Source of the DNA: Camelus dromedarius
Lineage: Eukaryota
DNA: 64,000 bases
NCBI RefSeq assembly: GCF_036321535.1
Contig: NC_087437.1
Span: 118,918,001 to 118,982,000 of the forward strand
Reading direction: 5' to 3'
Within the stretch, counting starts at the first letter, position 1. Every line of letters starts with the position of its first letter. The notes beneath the pieces were generated by a model that had not been told where the DNA came from, searched no databases, and was given only the letters and a program-made list of their open reading frames with translations. The position numbers and the translations under genes were made by a program. Below are positions 1 to 13,495 of this stretch, one piece after another.

Positions 1-910
1 GCCCCGAGAATGGGCTGCAAAGTTACGAACTAGCAAGACCAGAATTGTAATGAGAACAGTGATCGCTGACCTTTGAGAGCTTGCTGCTGCAGGGCGTCTG
101 CATTCATGGTCTCCTTGAAACCTGACCAGAGCCCCTAGGATGACACCGTGACCCCTAAGGGGTGATCAATATGCCCATTTTGCAGACAGGAATGTGAGTG
201 ACAGAGGTTAAGAAATCTACCTGAACGGTTTACAATTCTGTGTGTGTTGGTGGGGCTGCTAGCAGCTCCACTGCTGTGAGCAACCTTACAGCAGTTGCGA
301 CTGTGTGGAGAGTGTGCTCAGCAACTCTGCCCCTGGGAGTGGAATTTCTGGGGTGCAGTGTGTCCATCCAGAAGTGTGGAGGGAGCCAGCCAGCCTCACT
401 CTCAGCTCCATTCTCGACTGGCTTCTGTCTTCTTAGAAAGCCCTCTCCTCCCACTCTGCTTGCTTAAAACTTGCCCTCTCCAGACCTACCCCTCAAGACC
501 CCGCCCCCCAGAGGCCCCTCCGGACCCCAGCAGCCTGTGACCTTGCCCTCCCCAGGTCCCCTGGATTGCCCACTGGCTGGGACACTCTGGGAGGCCACGG
601 TTGCCCCCTGATCTGAGTGTCCCTGTGCAAGACAACTTCTCACCCATTAATTTTGCCCCTTGTCTCTTGTTGACTAAAAGCAATGGAGTGCTTAGAATTT
701 TAAAGGGGCCTCCAGGGAGTGCGGTTATAAACCACTGAGCCAAACAGGAGCTTAATAACTCACCAACGGGCTCCTTCAAAAGTCCAAAGATTACACTCTA
801 AACCAGAGCAGCAACAGAAAAGGAAAATGAAATGTAATCTCTAATCTAAATGATGGTGCCAGAGGCAAAAAACACACCAACAGCCACCACCGCACAGGCG
901 CTGGCCTCTA

Positions 911-925
911 AGAACACACTGTCCT
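911..925. promoter_or_regulatory. Candidate androgen/glucocorticoid response element in TMPRSS2 intron 2
   Basis: AGAACA-cac-TGTCCT, one mismatch from AGAACAnnnTGTTCT. Confidence 0.45.
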
Positions 926-1672
926 TCCCGGGAAGGTCGCAGCAAGCCCCGTGCTTTGTCCCTGTGAACGCCTGTGCCCTGACTTGACATTTTAAAAGGA
1001 TCCAGTGAAAAGAAATCCCACCAGGTGCAGGGGTGAGGAAATCAAAGATCTGTTTTCCAGACAGAAGATACGGAAAACTTTTGTTATTAACCGCAGATTT
1101 CTGTTATTAATGCTTTATTTAATGTGCTCACTCGCAGGTACAAGGTGAGTCGGTGATGTGTGTATGATGGAGAATAAAGGCAGTGCGCTTGTCGCCGAAG
1201 TGTGTGTTGCGGGAGGGTCTCAGGGAGGGCTGAGGGGCGGTCAGCGCAGTGTCCGACTCAACCGTGGCCTGTCCCAGCCCACCTGGAAGCAAGGCCACAC
1301 TGTGGTCTGCTGGCCGGGGGATCCCGCACACTTTCCTCCAGGGGACTCACTCCCTCTGCCTCTCTCTGTCCCCTGCCCCACCCCTGACCCCTGCCCCACC
1401 CTCACTCAGAGTGGAAGAGAAGAGGCCCTGGGAGATCACATCACCCACCCCACCCAGCAGCTCCAAGACCCCCATCTGTCCAACTGCCACATGGCTTCCC
1501 CTCCCACCCCTTCCTGCTCAGCCCCAACCCCAAGAATGCCTTCAGAGCATCCTTGGAGCACAGGCATTCCCTGCAAGCAGCTCTTAAAATGCTGACCCCC
1601 ACACATTGCTGGAAGCAACAGAAGGAACAGGGAGCAGAGGAAAGGCCAGGAAGCTAATAATTAAACACTTAC

Positions 1673-1687
1673 TGAGTTTAGAGCCAT
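1673..1687 (-). CDS. TMPRSS2: TMPRSS2 first coding segment (MALNS) at the 3' end of exon 2; the rest of the CDS lies left of the window
   Basis: Minus strand reads AGG ATG GCT CTA AAC TCA|GTAAGT. MALNS followed by a phase-0 donor matches the recalled TMPRSS2 N-terminus and exon structure. Confidence 0.93.
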
Positions 1688-1743
1688 CCTGACTTTATCA
1701 GCAGCATCAGGGAAAGGCAGGTATTTGGAACGTTCAAGGTGAC
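1673..1743 (-). other. TMPRSS2: TMPRSS2 exon 2 (71 nt: 56 nt 5'UTR plus 15 nt coding)
   Basis: Acceptor cttccatcttctAG|GTCACCTTGAACGTTCCAAATACC and donor GTAAGT at 1672. It resembles recalled human exon 2 (GTCATATTGAACATTCCAGATACC...ATGGCTTTGAACTCA). Confidence 0.92.
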
Positions 1744-4700
1744 CTAGAAGATGGAAGGGCAAGACTATTACTTCCATGCCGGCGAGTGTGCGGAAGATGA
1801 ATCAGGAAAGGACTGGACGTCTGGGCGAGGGTCACCTCTCTCCAGAACCACGGCGGCCTTGTGCGGTCACCTTAACCTTCACCTCACCACCTCTTCCTGC
1901 CGCAGCTGCTCCGCCTGAAAAAGACGGGGACCCAGTTGCTTGGTCCTTAAGTCAAGAGCCTGCTGCACTGAGCCGGCCTCACCGGGAAGCCCAGACTTCC
2001 CCAACGTCACCTCCACCCAAAGGAGCATCCGGGGAAGGCATACACGCACAAGGACTGAGAGGACATTGAGTCTGGCAGCAGGGAGGGGAGGGCAAAGCCC
2101 CAGGGTCAACTCCCGGCAGTGCTACGTCCGAGGAGTCATTGGGCAGGTGAGCTCTTGGAAGCTTGGACAGAGGTGGATGTAACATCACACTGGCTCGCCC
2201 AGGTGGAGATTTAGCGCGAGGGTGCAGGCAGATGCCTCGCACGCCGGGGCTGTGGCTCGTCCCCGCGGAGCATCCTCGGGCCCAGGGAGCAGCCGCCACC
2301 CCACCGTGGGGCGGGCGGTGTAGGGCTTAGTCCCAGGTGGAGGGCACACCTGACTTTTCAGAGAAGCCGTATGGAATCCCCTCGATGTTAATAAACACGT
2401 TATGTTAAAAAAAAGTTTTCTTAAAACACATTCACATCCACTGGCTACTCCACTTCCTACCCCAAACCCAGAAAAGAAAGAAATTCAGAACTAAGCATTT
2501 TGGTGGTTTCTAAAGTTATCGGTAGTGACAAGAAAGCTCCGGTCACCTCGTTTGCCAACGTCTGTGAACAGCTAACAGCAGTAGCTAGGAAGACCTCGGC
2601 ATGAGGGGCCTCATAGTAAAGCCCGTCCGACGTCACTCTCCCGTCACGAGCGAGGGACAGCTTTTGTCCTCTGCTCCCGGCTGCCTTGAAATGACCAAGC
2701 AGGCTCCAGGAAACGGCCTTTGCCATCACGTGCCCCCAGGGCCGGGTCCCCAGAGAGAAGAAAGCTCTGAGCTTCGAGGCTTCGAGGCCTCAAGGCCGGC
2801 CAGATCAGGCATGAAGGTTCTCCCCCCAAGGTGCCCGGCACACAGCAGGTGCTCAAACAGCCGGGGGCAGCGCGGCAGCCTCGACCTCGGGGACCAGACC
2901 CCGGGTCCAGACCCCGCTCAGGCACTGGCTGGCTGCGACCTGGGCAGGTCAGATGGGGCTTCCGAGCCTCGGTGTCCTCCCGTGCAAAGGAGGCTGACAC
3001 TGGCAGCCGCTCTAGGGTCATCAGGGAAGCAAAACGAGCTGACAGTGAAGTTCTGAGTGCCTGGGACACAATCAGGGCTCCATATGTTTTCGCTAAATAA
3101 AAGTGATTGCAAAGCTGGTACATGTTGAAGAGCCCACAGAGGCAGGGTGGGCCTCATTTGGAGCATTTGCAGATTCTAAGATTTGCATCTGGAAAGTGAT
3201 CCTGAGATGTTGACACAAAATCCGCCAGCTCTGAAAACCCAGTGGAGCCCAAACGCTGCAGAGCCGGTGCCAGCCGGCTCTGCCCCTCTGCCTCCCAAGC
3301 AAAGTTATTATTTGACTCATTGCACTTTAAAAAAAAACAAACCAACATCAACTTGCTATAAATAAAAATATTGAGTATGGCTGTTTAATCTTGGGAGACC
3401 TTGTTGAACAAGTCACAAGAAAAATGCACCAGCTCATTTATTAACTCTTCAAATAAAGATAAAAAGACCAGTTCGTACTGATAGCTTTGAGATTTTTTTT
3501 TAAGACTAGAAAAAAGAGTCAACACCTTCTGGGTATGAGGAAAGAAACCTGACCTGTGTACAGGAGGAAGAGATCACAATTTAGAACATACATGACATTT
3601 CAGCCTGTAAGTGGACGTGATTATCGCATATTAATAACCTTTCCCACGTCTGCTCTGTAAAAAGAGAGGGTCCTGAGACTTGACAGCAGCGCAATCCTCT
3701 AGTCTAAGCAGAAAAGTCCCACCTTCCTCAGATCAGTTTCAAGGGAGACCCGCCCTGGTGGGCACTCTCACCCGCTGCTTTCTCTGCCCTCAGGCGGTAG
3801 CTCCCTGTGCCCCTGAGCTATCTCACCAGTTATAGGTTTGGTTGAAGTTTCAGGAAATGAAAATTCGATACCACTGGCTGCTTTCCCAGTTTAAGAGCCC
3901 TCTGAAGGGAGGAATGAATCAGTGCTTGAAATCCACGCTTTCTGTTCATTCAAGATCCCTAACAGCGAGAGACCAGGAAGCCAGGAGAGGAAGGGGCACC
4001 AGGGGGCCATGGCCATGAATGGCCCAGTATAAGCCCAGGAGCCAGCAATAATCGCAGCACAATCCTATCTCATCCAGCGACCCCACAGCCCATAGAGCCT
4101 TTGAACCAGAGCACCAGCCACGCCCAGACCCGCCACCACGGACTTTGGGAGAGAAGGTGAGAGTCGTGCTGCCTCTGATTCCCAGTGGCCAAAGAGGAAA
4201 GAAGGGAGAAGCGTCTCCCTTGGGAACTGGATCCGACGGGAGACGCCCCGCTGTCCAAGGAGACCAGGAGAGCACGTTCTGTGCCGCTCATCTTCAAAAC
4301 CAGCCATTCCAGGCCCACAAAAGGCAGCACGTCTCTTTAACTGGTCCCTGAAAGGGACAAGACAACCTGGATGGTGAGAGACAACACTGTTTCTCGAATG
4401 TTCTGTCCCATCTGTTAAAGGATACAGGTGATTGCCCTTGATTCGTGAAAGCCAGTCTTAATGGCGCACCTCTCCTTGAAGTGACAGAGAGAACACGAGC
4501 CGAAGCCCCGCCCCCTCCCTGTTCGGGGGGGGAGGCCCTGCTCCAACGCCGTCCACTCGAGTCACACAACGGAACACGGCTGTCTTGTCCACTCTGGCTT
4601 TCCTTCGGGGGAGCTGACTCATGCCTCGAGTCACCTGCCGGCCATCCCTCCTTCCTGCACCCCTTGATGTAATGAAACTATTTCCAAATCAGAGGAGTCT

Positions 4701-7700
4701 CTTCGTGCGCTATCGCTCCTCTGATCTCAGAACACACTGGAGGCTTATTTTGAAAACTACTAAACCAACACAAATGAGGTCAATCTCATAGACACTGACT
4801 CACATCAGGGGTAGGAATTTCCCCTATAATGAAGGCTCCACTGACTTCTCCACACACCGCCATTCATGCACATGCTCCTGAGTTGAGCCCTCCAGGTGCC
4901 TTGAGATGCTGGCAGTATGATGAGGTGTGATGGGCTGTAAGCCCCTCCACCGCACTTCCTTGACCTCAGATTCGGTACCCCTTCTTTAAACTCCACAGCA
5001 AGCAGGAGCAACAGACACTCCCTACCCAATGAGCAGATGGATGATCAGCAGATCACTGATGCCTTAACCACTGCATAAAATCACATTATACGTAAAGATG
5101 CTCTCGACTGTTGGGGATAAAATGCACTGCTAGAGGAAAGCTAACAGACAGTGGTGGGTTTAAGGAAGAGTTCAATATAAACAAGGCTAAGGCGATCAGA
5201 CAAATGGCATGCGCAGCGACCGGCACAGGGTAGTGGGGCGGGCACGCCAGCTCAGGAGAGGCCCTGCCTGCCTCATCCAGGTCTCTTTTTCTATGAATGC
5301 CTCATTGTCCAAACGAGATTGCAAACTTTTTAGGGCAGGAATTGGGTCTGGTCCTTTGTTTTTTTTAAAATCTAGCTTTGTACCATACAAAGAAAGTCTT
5401 CCTTTTTTTTTTTTTTTTTTAGGTATCCCAAAGGCCAAATGAGTAAGATGAAATTTAAGAGAGAGAGAGCTGGAAAGCCTGCACCTGAAAAAAAAAAAAA
5501 AAAAAAACACCAAAAAAAAAAAACAGCCTCCAAATTGAGGATGTGGGTAACCTCACAGGTCTGGTGCACAAAACTGACTGCATGCTGCCATGACAGGTGG
5601 GCTGGAGAGGGGCCCGGTCCCTCCAGGAGGGACAATGTGCAAAGGCCACTGTCTAAGGTTGGAAGAACCTGCCCAGGTCAGTCTGTGAAATAGATGTAAC
5701 AGATAAGTGTGTGAGTGTCCTAGCACCGACCCCAACACACGGCAGCCCTCAGTAATGAGATACTGATGGCAGCTAAGGGACTGTCATGTGGAAAGCAGAC
5801 TCTGAATCCAGCATCAAAATGGTCAGCGATATCAGAAAGGCAGGTTTAGCTCAATCCAGGGAAACCAAGTTTCCAACAATGAGAACGTTTCAATATTGAC
5901 TGGGTTGCTTTGGAAGAAACAGAGTTCCTCAAACCAAGAAAAGTTTGCTCCAGGCCTGGAAGATCGTTTCTCAAGCACATTCTAGAACCAAACTGGGCTT
6001 GAGCTGCGAGGCCAGACATGATGTTCCTTTATTACCTGTGATTTAGAACTTGAAGAATGAACTCCACACGTCCGGGGTTCAGATCCAGTCTCAAATGAGG
6101 CCAGGTGTGCGCGCTGCCGGGAAGGCCCTCAGAAAGCAAGGGCCTTAAAGGGATTCTGACGCCGGGCCACGCACCAGCAAGCGATCATTAACACCGGGCC
6201 TTAGTTTCATCTGCCAATTCAGAGTCACTAGAAAATATTTTCCTAACAAATGTCCACTGGCTCGCCACAGCCCCTCTTCCCAGTCCTCCTTGACTGAGCT
6301 CCCCGTCCAGCCTGACCCTGCCTCAGCTTCCAGGCTTCACCTGGTGCCTTCAAACATTTCGTGCTTTCTTATCGCATTTCTGCATCCTCACCCCCTCCTG
6401 CACCTCCAACTCCCCACACCAATGCCTGATGGCTTAACTCTGTACACACAAACGAAATGCCTGGAGTTTCCACCCATACAGCAAGTCCTTCCTTCCTTCC
6501 TCACCTCTAACAAGAGAAAAAGCATGCTTAAGTCACCTTCCTTCTTCAAATTCCACAGTGTTTACAGTCCAAGGAACTGCCCACACCTCCATCAGAAAAT
6601 CAGGGTTTGCCATTCTCCCTCGGTGCCTCTTAGGCTGCCCACGACATTTCCACACTCCCAATCCTCTTCGCCTGACCTCTGTCCAGTGGCCGGGGCAAAC
6701 CAAGTCTCAGGTCATATACCCTTCCTTCCTGACCTCAAGCTCTGCCTCTAGTGTGTCCCCCAGAACTGCCTGCATGATCAGCTGAGCCATTGGCTACTCC
6801 CCAGGAATCCACGTGGATCTGGAACCAGGATGGTCAAGGGCACGGGGGCACCAGGAGTCCCCTCCCCTACACCCAGGCCTGCAGCCCTGGGGACTTGCGA
6901 GCCAATGTTCCCCAACACCCAGCTAGCAAGGGACTCACTAAGGCCGGCCGGCCCGACTCAGACCTCAGCACTCAGGCATGTGACACCCGTGCGTGCACCC
7001 CATCCCCAGAGGCCACTCAACTCATCCTGGGGCAGACCCAACGGCAGGGCCCCTGAAAAGTAAAGGAGGGGCCAGGAAGAGCAGCTGTGGGAAGCAGGAC
7101 CACCCCAGGAGACCCAGAGCTGTGAAAACAGCAGAGGCGGAAGAGCACCTGGGGCCTGGCGTGCCCCTCCTCCACCCTCCGCACCAGCAGGGCCAGCGTC
7201 CACACCTTAAGTAAGCAAAGCTGACCAGGCTCTAAGTTGACCCAGTCGCCTTTCCTCTCTACGTCCATGCCCAAGGCTCAGACTTGACCCCTGGTTCCCA
7301 AACCTGGAATTCTCTGGAAGGCTCAGAAAATGAGATTTCCTATTCCATCAGAGGCTGATGCAGGGCCATGACCCCAAATGCTAGCAAAGCCCCCGGGACT
7401 CCCACCACAGGTTTAGGTGGAAAAGGCTGAGAGCCACCGCTCTCACTTTTGTACTTCCTGGTTGACCCCCACCCCCGGCTGGGCCCAGAGCAGTGGTCAG
7501 CCACTTACAGAATGATGACCATCACTACCCACTTAGCTTTCGTGTCTCTGCGCTTCCTCGCCTAAAGGACATTTTCACCTGCAGCCCCACCACCTGGGAG
7601 GTTAGCTCTCTGCGCTGCCCCAGTGAAGCATCCCCTGCTCTCCCACCCAGGTCTCACCGGAAGGGGGCAGATCGGAGCCCAAGGGGGCCCCTGCTCTTGG

Positions 7701-8849
7701 ATGATGGGGAAACCAGCCCTGTCTGGGAACAAGCCCCGACCACATGAGGAGTCCAGGCCTCACTCAGCTTCCCTGGAACCAGATGACCAGCCTTCATCCC
7801 CAGTTCTCCCTACAGGCCTCGGGACATAGGGCAAGTTATTTCAGCTCTCTGCCTCAATTTCCACACAACTGAGTTAAATCCATTCTACAGAGCTTGGAAT
7901 GATGCCTGCCTGGAAGAAAGTGCCGATCCACTGGTATCATGATGGTACCAGTGTGGCCAAAGTGTCTCCTACAAGTAAGGTGACTGAGCCAGGGTGGAGC
8001 AGCCCAGGGCACCAAGGGGCCAAGCTCCAAGCACTCCCCTAGGCCCTAGAAATGGCGCCGGGACCTTTCATTCTGACCTCACTGGTCCAGTAAAGGTCGG
8101 TGGGGTTGGGGGACACAGGCAGGCGCCACATGATAAAGCTGAGGAAGCTAAGAGTGCCCCTCCAGTGACTCCCTGGGGGCTCCCCCCCACCTGGCCTACC
8201 AGACCCCCCTCTCCTGCAGCAGCGCTGGTTCCCCCAGGCTCCTTGTCCTTGGTAAGCACTGCCCACGCGTCCAGTCGCCACCCCTTCTCCGGGAGACGTT
8301 GGCGCCAGCCTCACTTCCTGGAGAACCTTCCGTGACCTCCCAGGCTAAGTCAACAACCCTCCTCTCAATTCAGGTTTTCTAAACACCTTGGAACTCTCCT
8401 TAGCAGCCTTTGTAATTTTCCATTATTCGGGTGGCTCACTACAGGAGTGCAGGGAATCAGCGCTTCACCTGTGTGCCTCCTTCCTTCCTGAGCCCCGAGG
8501 CTACCGCGCCTGTTTGAATGGAGGTTGGGGATTCGAAGCCTGGAGGCCGAGCCCTGGGTGACCCCTGCCCACCAGGCGGACCTCGGGTCGCTATCATTTC
8601 CCTCTCAAGCGATCCACTAGGATTCCACCTGACCAGGCTCGCCAGCGCGGCCTGTGCCTCAGAGGCAGTAATCTTGATTCAGAATCACCGTTCTGTGCCC
8701 TCCAGCGAGGCGGGCCCTTGGCCGCATGGGCTCAAGGCTCCATGCACGAAAATGCCAGGGCTCCAGCCAATGTCGTTTGCCACCAGCAACCAGGCCCCCT
8801 GGGGAGTGGAAGCACGAAATTTGGGGCCATAAGGCAATTCTTCAGCAAG

Positions 8850-10400
8850 GCCCGTGCAGCCGCGGGCAGGGCACCCACTGACAGGCTGGTGCGCTCGGCT
8901 GCCAGTCCACCATCCCGCGTCCTGCCGGACGGCTTGCGGTGGACCGCAGCGCCCGGGTGCCCGGCCTCGTCCCTGGCAGGAAGTGCGCGCCTTGGGATCA
9001 AGACCACCCCTCGAGGCCGGGGGAGGCACCCGCAGGTGCCCGCTGCCCAGGTGGTCCAGCTCTGATCATCGCCTCCGGGTCGCGGCAACGGGGCCCGGGC
9101 CGTGGGCAGTCCCTCCCCGGGGCCGCTGAGCGGTTTGCACCTCGCCCCGAGTCCCTCGGGCCTGTCCCCGCCGTCCCCGCCGCGCCGCCCGTATCGCTCC
9201 CAGCATCTCAGCGAGTTTCCAGTTTCTCCCCACTTCGGGAGGGAACCAAGAAGCAGAAGGAGTTCAGGTAGCACTCCGGGACTGCAGAGATTTTCCCGAA
9301 ACAAAGAAGCGAGTCGACAATTCCCCCTCTAACTCGTCCCCAGGGGAAAAGGCGCATCCCCGATTCCGCAGAAGCAGGTGGAGCTAAGTCGGGTCCCGCC
9401 GAGGGGACCCACCCTGAGGGACCCGGAGGCACTCTCTTCTCCGACCAGTTGGCTAAGGACCCGCTGGGCAGCCTGCCCGAGGCAAGCGATGCCAACGTGT
9501 CAGCCAGAGGCCACTGACCGACGCGCCAAGGGGTTCCCAGGCGCGCGGAACCCTCCAGGCCCCACGGACGTCTTCTTGCCCGGCTCGGCCCCGCGCGCCG
9601 GCTGGTGGGAGGACGCGCCTGCAGGGCCGGAGCTGCTCACACCTGGCTTCACCTGCTGCTACTCCCACCCAGCGCGGGGCGGCGGCTAGGTCGCTCCCTG
9701 GCGCCCAGGTTCTCCCTTGCTCCCGGGACCCCCTCCCTGCCCCCAGCCCTGCGCAGGGAACCCACCGCGAGTGCCGCTTACCTGCGGAGCTCCGGGGCGC
9801 GGCGCTCCCTGCCCCTCACCCTTCCTCCTCCTCCGCCTCCCCCCGGGTTCGCGTCTTCCTCTGCCCAGCGCCGAGTCCCCGATCCTCCCCGGCTCTCGCT
9901 TTAATCCCGGGAGGCGGTGTCCGAGTATACCCAGGGAGACACCCCCAAGCGCCGGTCCCGGGTCACCTCGGGCAGGGGGAGGGGACGGACGGGAACGGCT
10001 GTCCCAGGCGGGGCGGATCGGGGCGGGGGAGGGGGCTGCGGGAGGAGGAGTTTCCCCCAGGGAAAGCCCGGGCCGGGACCTTGGCCAGACCCAGAGGGAG
10101 TTCCGAGGACGCTTCCGTCCCCGGCAGGCAGTTTTGGGTTGGGGAGGAGGGCATTTCCCGCCGTACTCCTCCCTGGCCGAGCAGGTCGCGGCGCTTCGCG
10201 GCCCGAGGAGTCGAGTTTGGATTCAGGAGAGGGATCCTGGGGGCGCTGATCAAGTCTTGTATGGGCCGGCGGGGTCTTGGCTCCGGCATGGCCTCTGTGC
10301 CCAAGGCGAGGACCCAGGAGTCTGCGCCCAGGGACCGCTGGCCCGGGCAGTAGAGCCCAAGGACGGAGCCCTTCGCGCCAAGGACCCTCCGCAGTCCGTT
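8850..10400. promoter_or_regulatory. CpG island / TMPRSS2 promoter with GC boxes and a TATA-like ATTAAA (minus strand, 9900-9905)
   Basis: Dense CpG and GC content, GGGGCGG boxes at ~10010-10030, and ATTAAA ~30 nt upstream of the inferred exon 1 start. Confidence 0.85.
9782..9870 (-). other. TMPRSS2: TMPRSS2 non-coding exon 1 (TSS approximate)
   Basis: Minus strand GGAGGCGGAGGAGGAGGAAGGGTGAGGGGCAGGGAGCGCCGCGCCCCGGAGCTCCGCAG|GTAAGCGGC resembles recalled human exon 1. Strong donor at 9781, inside a CpG island. Confidence 0.85.
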
Positions 10401-13104
10401 GGGGCGGCATCTCTCTGCCCTCAGGTCCCAAGCCCCTCCCCCTCCCTGGGAACAACCCCAAGAGTGGCTGAAGTCTTCCCGCCCACCTAAGAGGAGAAAC
10501 AGGGGGTGAGGAAAGAGGGTGAGAGAAATCTTAGTTCAGAAGGCATGGCTTTTCCATCATCCTTACGAGGCTCTTTCCAATGCTGTTTGCAATATGTAAA
10601 TTAAGGCGGATTGCTTTAGAAGAGAAAGGAAGCTGAATTCATTCCAAATCACCTGCTGCATCGGCTCAGAGCTCCTTCCTGAGCAGGTGTCCTGGGAGCT
10701 GGACTTACCTAGTAAGTTCTTCGCATCCTTTCCTTTGGCTCCCACCCTTAGATCCACCACAGGGGACATTCCGGCACATGCCCCAGTCCTTCTCATCTCT
10801 CATCCTTCACTGGTGTCAAGTTTGTCCAAGCAGAAGACCCTTGAGGACTGTCTCCTGCAGATAGGTCAGGTCACGGGGTCTTTGGCAGTGACTCATTTAT
10901 GTTTTGAGTAGCATGTTTGGAGCCCTCCAAATGACACCATTGCTCCACAGAACACCAGTGTCCACCTGTCCACCAGGCTGTATATGTGTCCGCACCTTCA
11001 TCCCTCTTGTGGCTGTTCTCTCACTATTCACATCCCCTTCTCTTTGCAACTTTCTGGAACTTTTTGGAGGTATACACGTCTCCCAGGAGTAGATCACCGA
11101 CTTGGGGAGCCAGCTCCATCCCGGTGCTAGCAGCAGGCCTGTGGCCAGTGTCTGGTTCAGCAGCTTAAGCCCATTGCCTGCCAGGATTCTTGCTTCAGGG
11201 ATAAACACACAACCCGCTTTTGGCCAGTGAGACCTGGAAGAGAGGTTTCCTGGCGTGGGGTCGGGGTGGGGAGGATGGTGTATTTTCACTCTTCTATGGG
11301 AGCTTCCAGAGACCCTCCTCCTTGTGCTGGGAGAAAGAAGCAGCCAGTCATCTCAGAAATGTTGCTAGCCATCTTCCCATCACCAGGCAGCGAGTACCGG
11401 GATAAAGATGGCTCTTCCGTCAAAACCTGTAGCATAGTGATGACAGGGAACCCAGCTCTTGATGACATCATCCAACCACTGACTCAAACCAACTCTGAAG
11501 TAAGCCCCCTTTCCCACTTCTTTCATGAATACAAGTGGAAATCAGAATTATTGACCAAGGGGAGTAGCTGTAATACAGTGAAAACAGAACAGTATTATTA
11601 GATATTAAAAAAAACAACAAGCAACAGAGTTCTTCTCATAGCCATAGGGCAGACTAGACATCCTGAGATACTGTCCACACTAGGAAACAGCCAACAGGAC
11701 TTGATAGAATATATACTGTTGAAAATCTTTTAAAGTTACAGATGATTTTGCAAGAAAACTTGGCAAATCCTCAGACACAAAAGTGAAGCGGGAGCTCCCG
11801 TGTGGGGAAGTCAGGGTGGCTGTGAGATCCTGAAATCATCCAGCCACCTCTGTCTTGCAGAGGGTGAGGGTGAATGACGACGTCACAGTCCTCAGCGGGG
11901 CGGGGGGGGGGGGGGGACTTGTTCTGGCACCACAGCACCAAGTCAGCACCAAAAAGCCCTGCCCTCAAAAAGAAGACGATTTTTTAAGAATGTATCTATC
12001 CCACTGATGGGTGATGACCAGTAAACACTTCCATTTCTTAGTCTCAGCTCTCAGTGGAGCAGCACTAACACTCTCCTGAGAATTTATAACTACCACAAGC
12101 CCTCTTATGAGAATTTAAGTTTTGCACCCGAATCCCCACTATCTCTGTAGTCAGAGGAACATCAAGTCAAGAATTTAATCTAAAGTGGTCCCAGACTGGT
12201 GATGTCCCAGGCACACGGCAGAAGCAAACTCTTAGACTGTGTAGTGGAATGTAATTCATAACACATGTAAATACTCCACACTGTCCAGATAATATGAATA
12301 GATTTTTTGAAAGATATAGATTATCAGATTGTCTAATATTTAAAGACTGAAATATACAATTTATGAGACCCATGTAGAATGGACGTATGTAAAAGGAAGC
12401 TGGTTTGGCTAAATTAATAAACTGTCCCACTTGGAAGACCGAATGAAGGAGACTGAGCCTCCCGACTTTATGGCAGAAAGCTGATCGGGGTATTAATGTA
12501 GGGAGAAGAGGAAACAGTGAATGGGAAGAGACAGAGAGCCTGGACACAGAGCCATCTCCGTACGGAAGCACGAAATGTTTCAGGGGCATACAGGCCCGCG
12601 GAGACGTCTAATGGGAAATCTCATTACCCAGAAGGAAAAAGGTGACGTTAGAATCCTGTATCATGTGAAATACGCAAATCAATTTGGGTAAATTAAAGAT
12701 CACATGTGAAAATAAAAGACTAGAATGTTTAGATGACGGAGTGGCTTTGTAAAGGGACAGTCTCACTAGAATTCCTTTCATGTGCGTTTCTGGTTAGGTT
12801 GGGCCATGAGCCCTTGGGAGGCTTGGCGGACAGAAGTGAATCAGGGCCAGTGTTTGCTCCATACTCGTTGCTGCTCAGCTGGCTCACCACTCAAGGCACT
12901 CACTGCTCAAGGCAGTGGCCAGGTCCTTTCCCCTGATCCTCCGGCTTCTGTGACTCAAGGCTGTGTGTGTTTTGCTCTGTGATGGTGAACCCCACCCCAG
13001 CCTCTGCAGGACAACTTGGTCAAGGTTAGGGCAACAGTCCGACCTTGTGGGCTCCAGCTCAACTGTAAGGGCTCCAGCTTGTCCTTGCCCCCCCCAGTTA
13101 CTCC

Positions 13105-13495
13105 GCTTGTGGACTGAACCATGCACCCCAAATTCATTTGATGAAGCCCTAACCCCAATGTGACTGTATTTGGAGACAGGACTTAATCAGGGTTTAATGA
13201 GATCAAGGGTAGATTGGTGATTGACAGGACTGCTGGCCTTACAGAAAGAAGATTCGATCTCTCTGTCTGTATGTGTCTATGTCTGTCTGTTTCTCTCTCT
13301 CTCAGCGTGCATGCATTGAGGACAGGCCACGTGAGAACTTGTCTGCAAGCCAGGAAGAGAGCCCTCACCAGGACCCCAACAGCCAGGCATCCTGATCTTG
13401 GGCCTCCAGCCTCCAGAACTGTGAGAAAGTAAATGTCTCCTGTCTAACCCGCCCAGACTGTGGGGTTTTGTTGCAGCATCCTGAGCAGAGTAACA
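13105..13495 (+). mobile_element. MLT1-type MaLR LTR
   Basis: Motifs 'cccaaattcat..gaagccctaaccccaatgtgactgtatttggagacagg' and 'cctccagcctccagaactgtgagaaa'. Confidence 0.8.

Noticed and set aside
1132..1282. Possible extra minus-strand exon in TMPRSS2 intron 2
   Set aside because: The acceptor is plausible, but the donor is weak and there is no match to TMPRSS2 protein.
9717..10490. 257-aa and overlapping ORFs
   Set aside because: Stop-poor CpG island sequence with P/G/R/A-biased composition.
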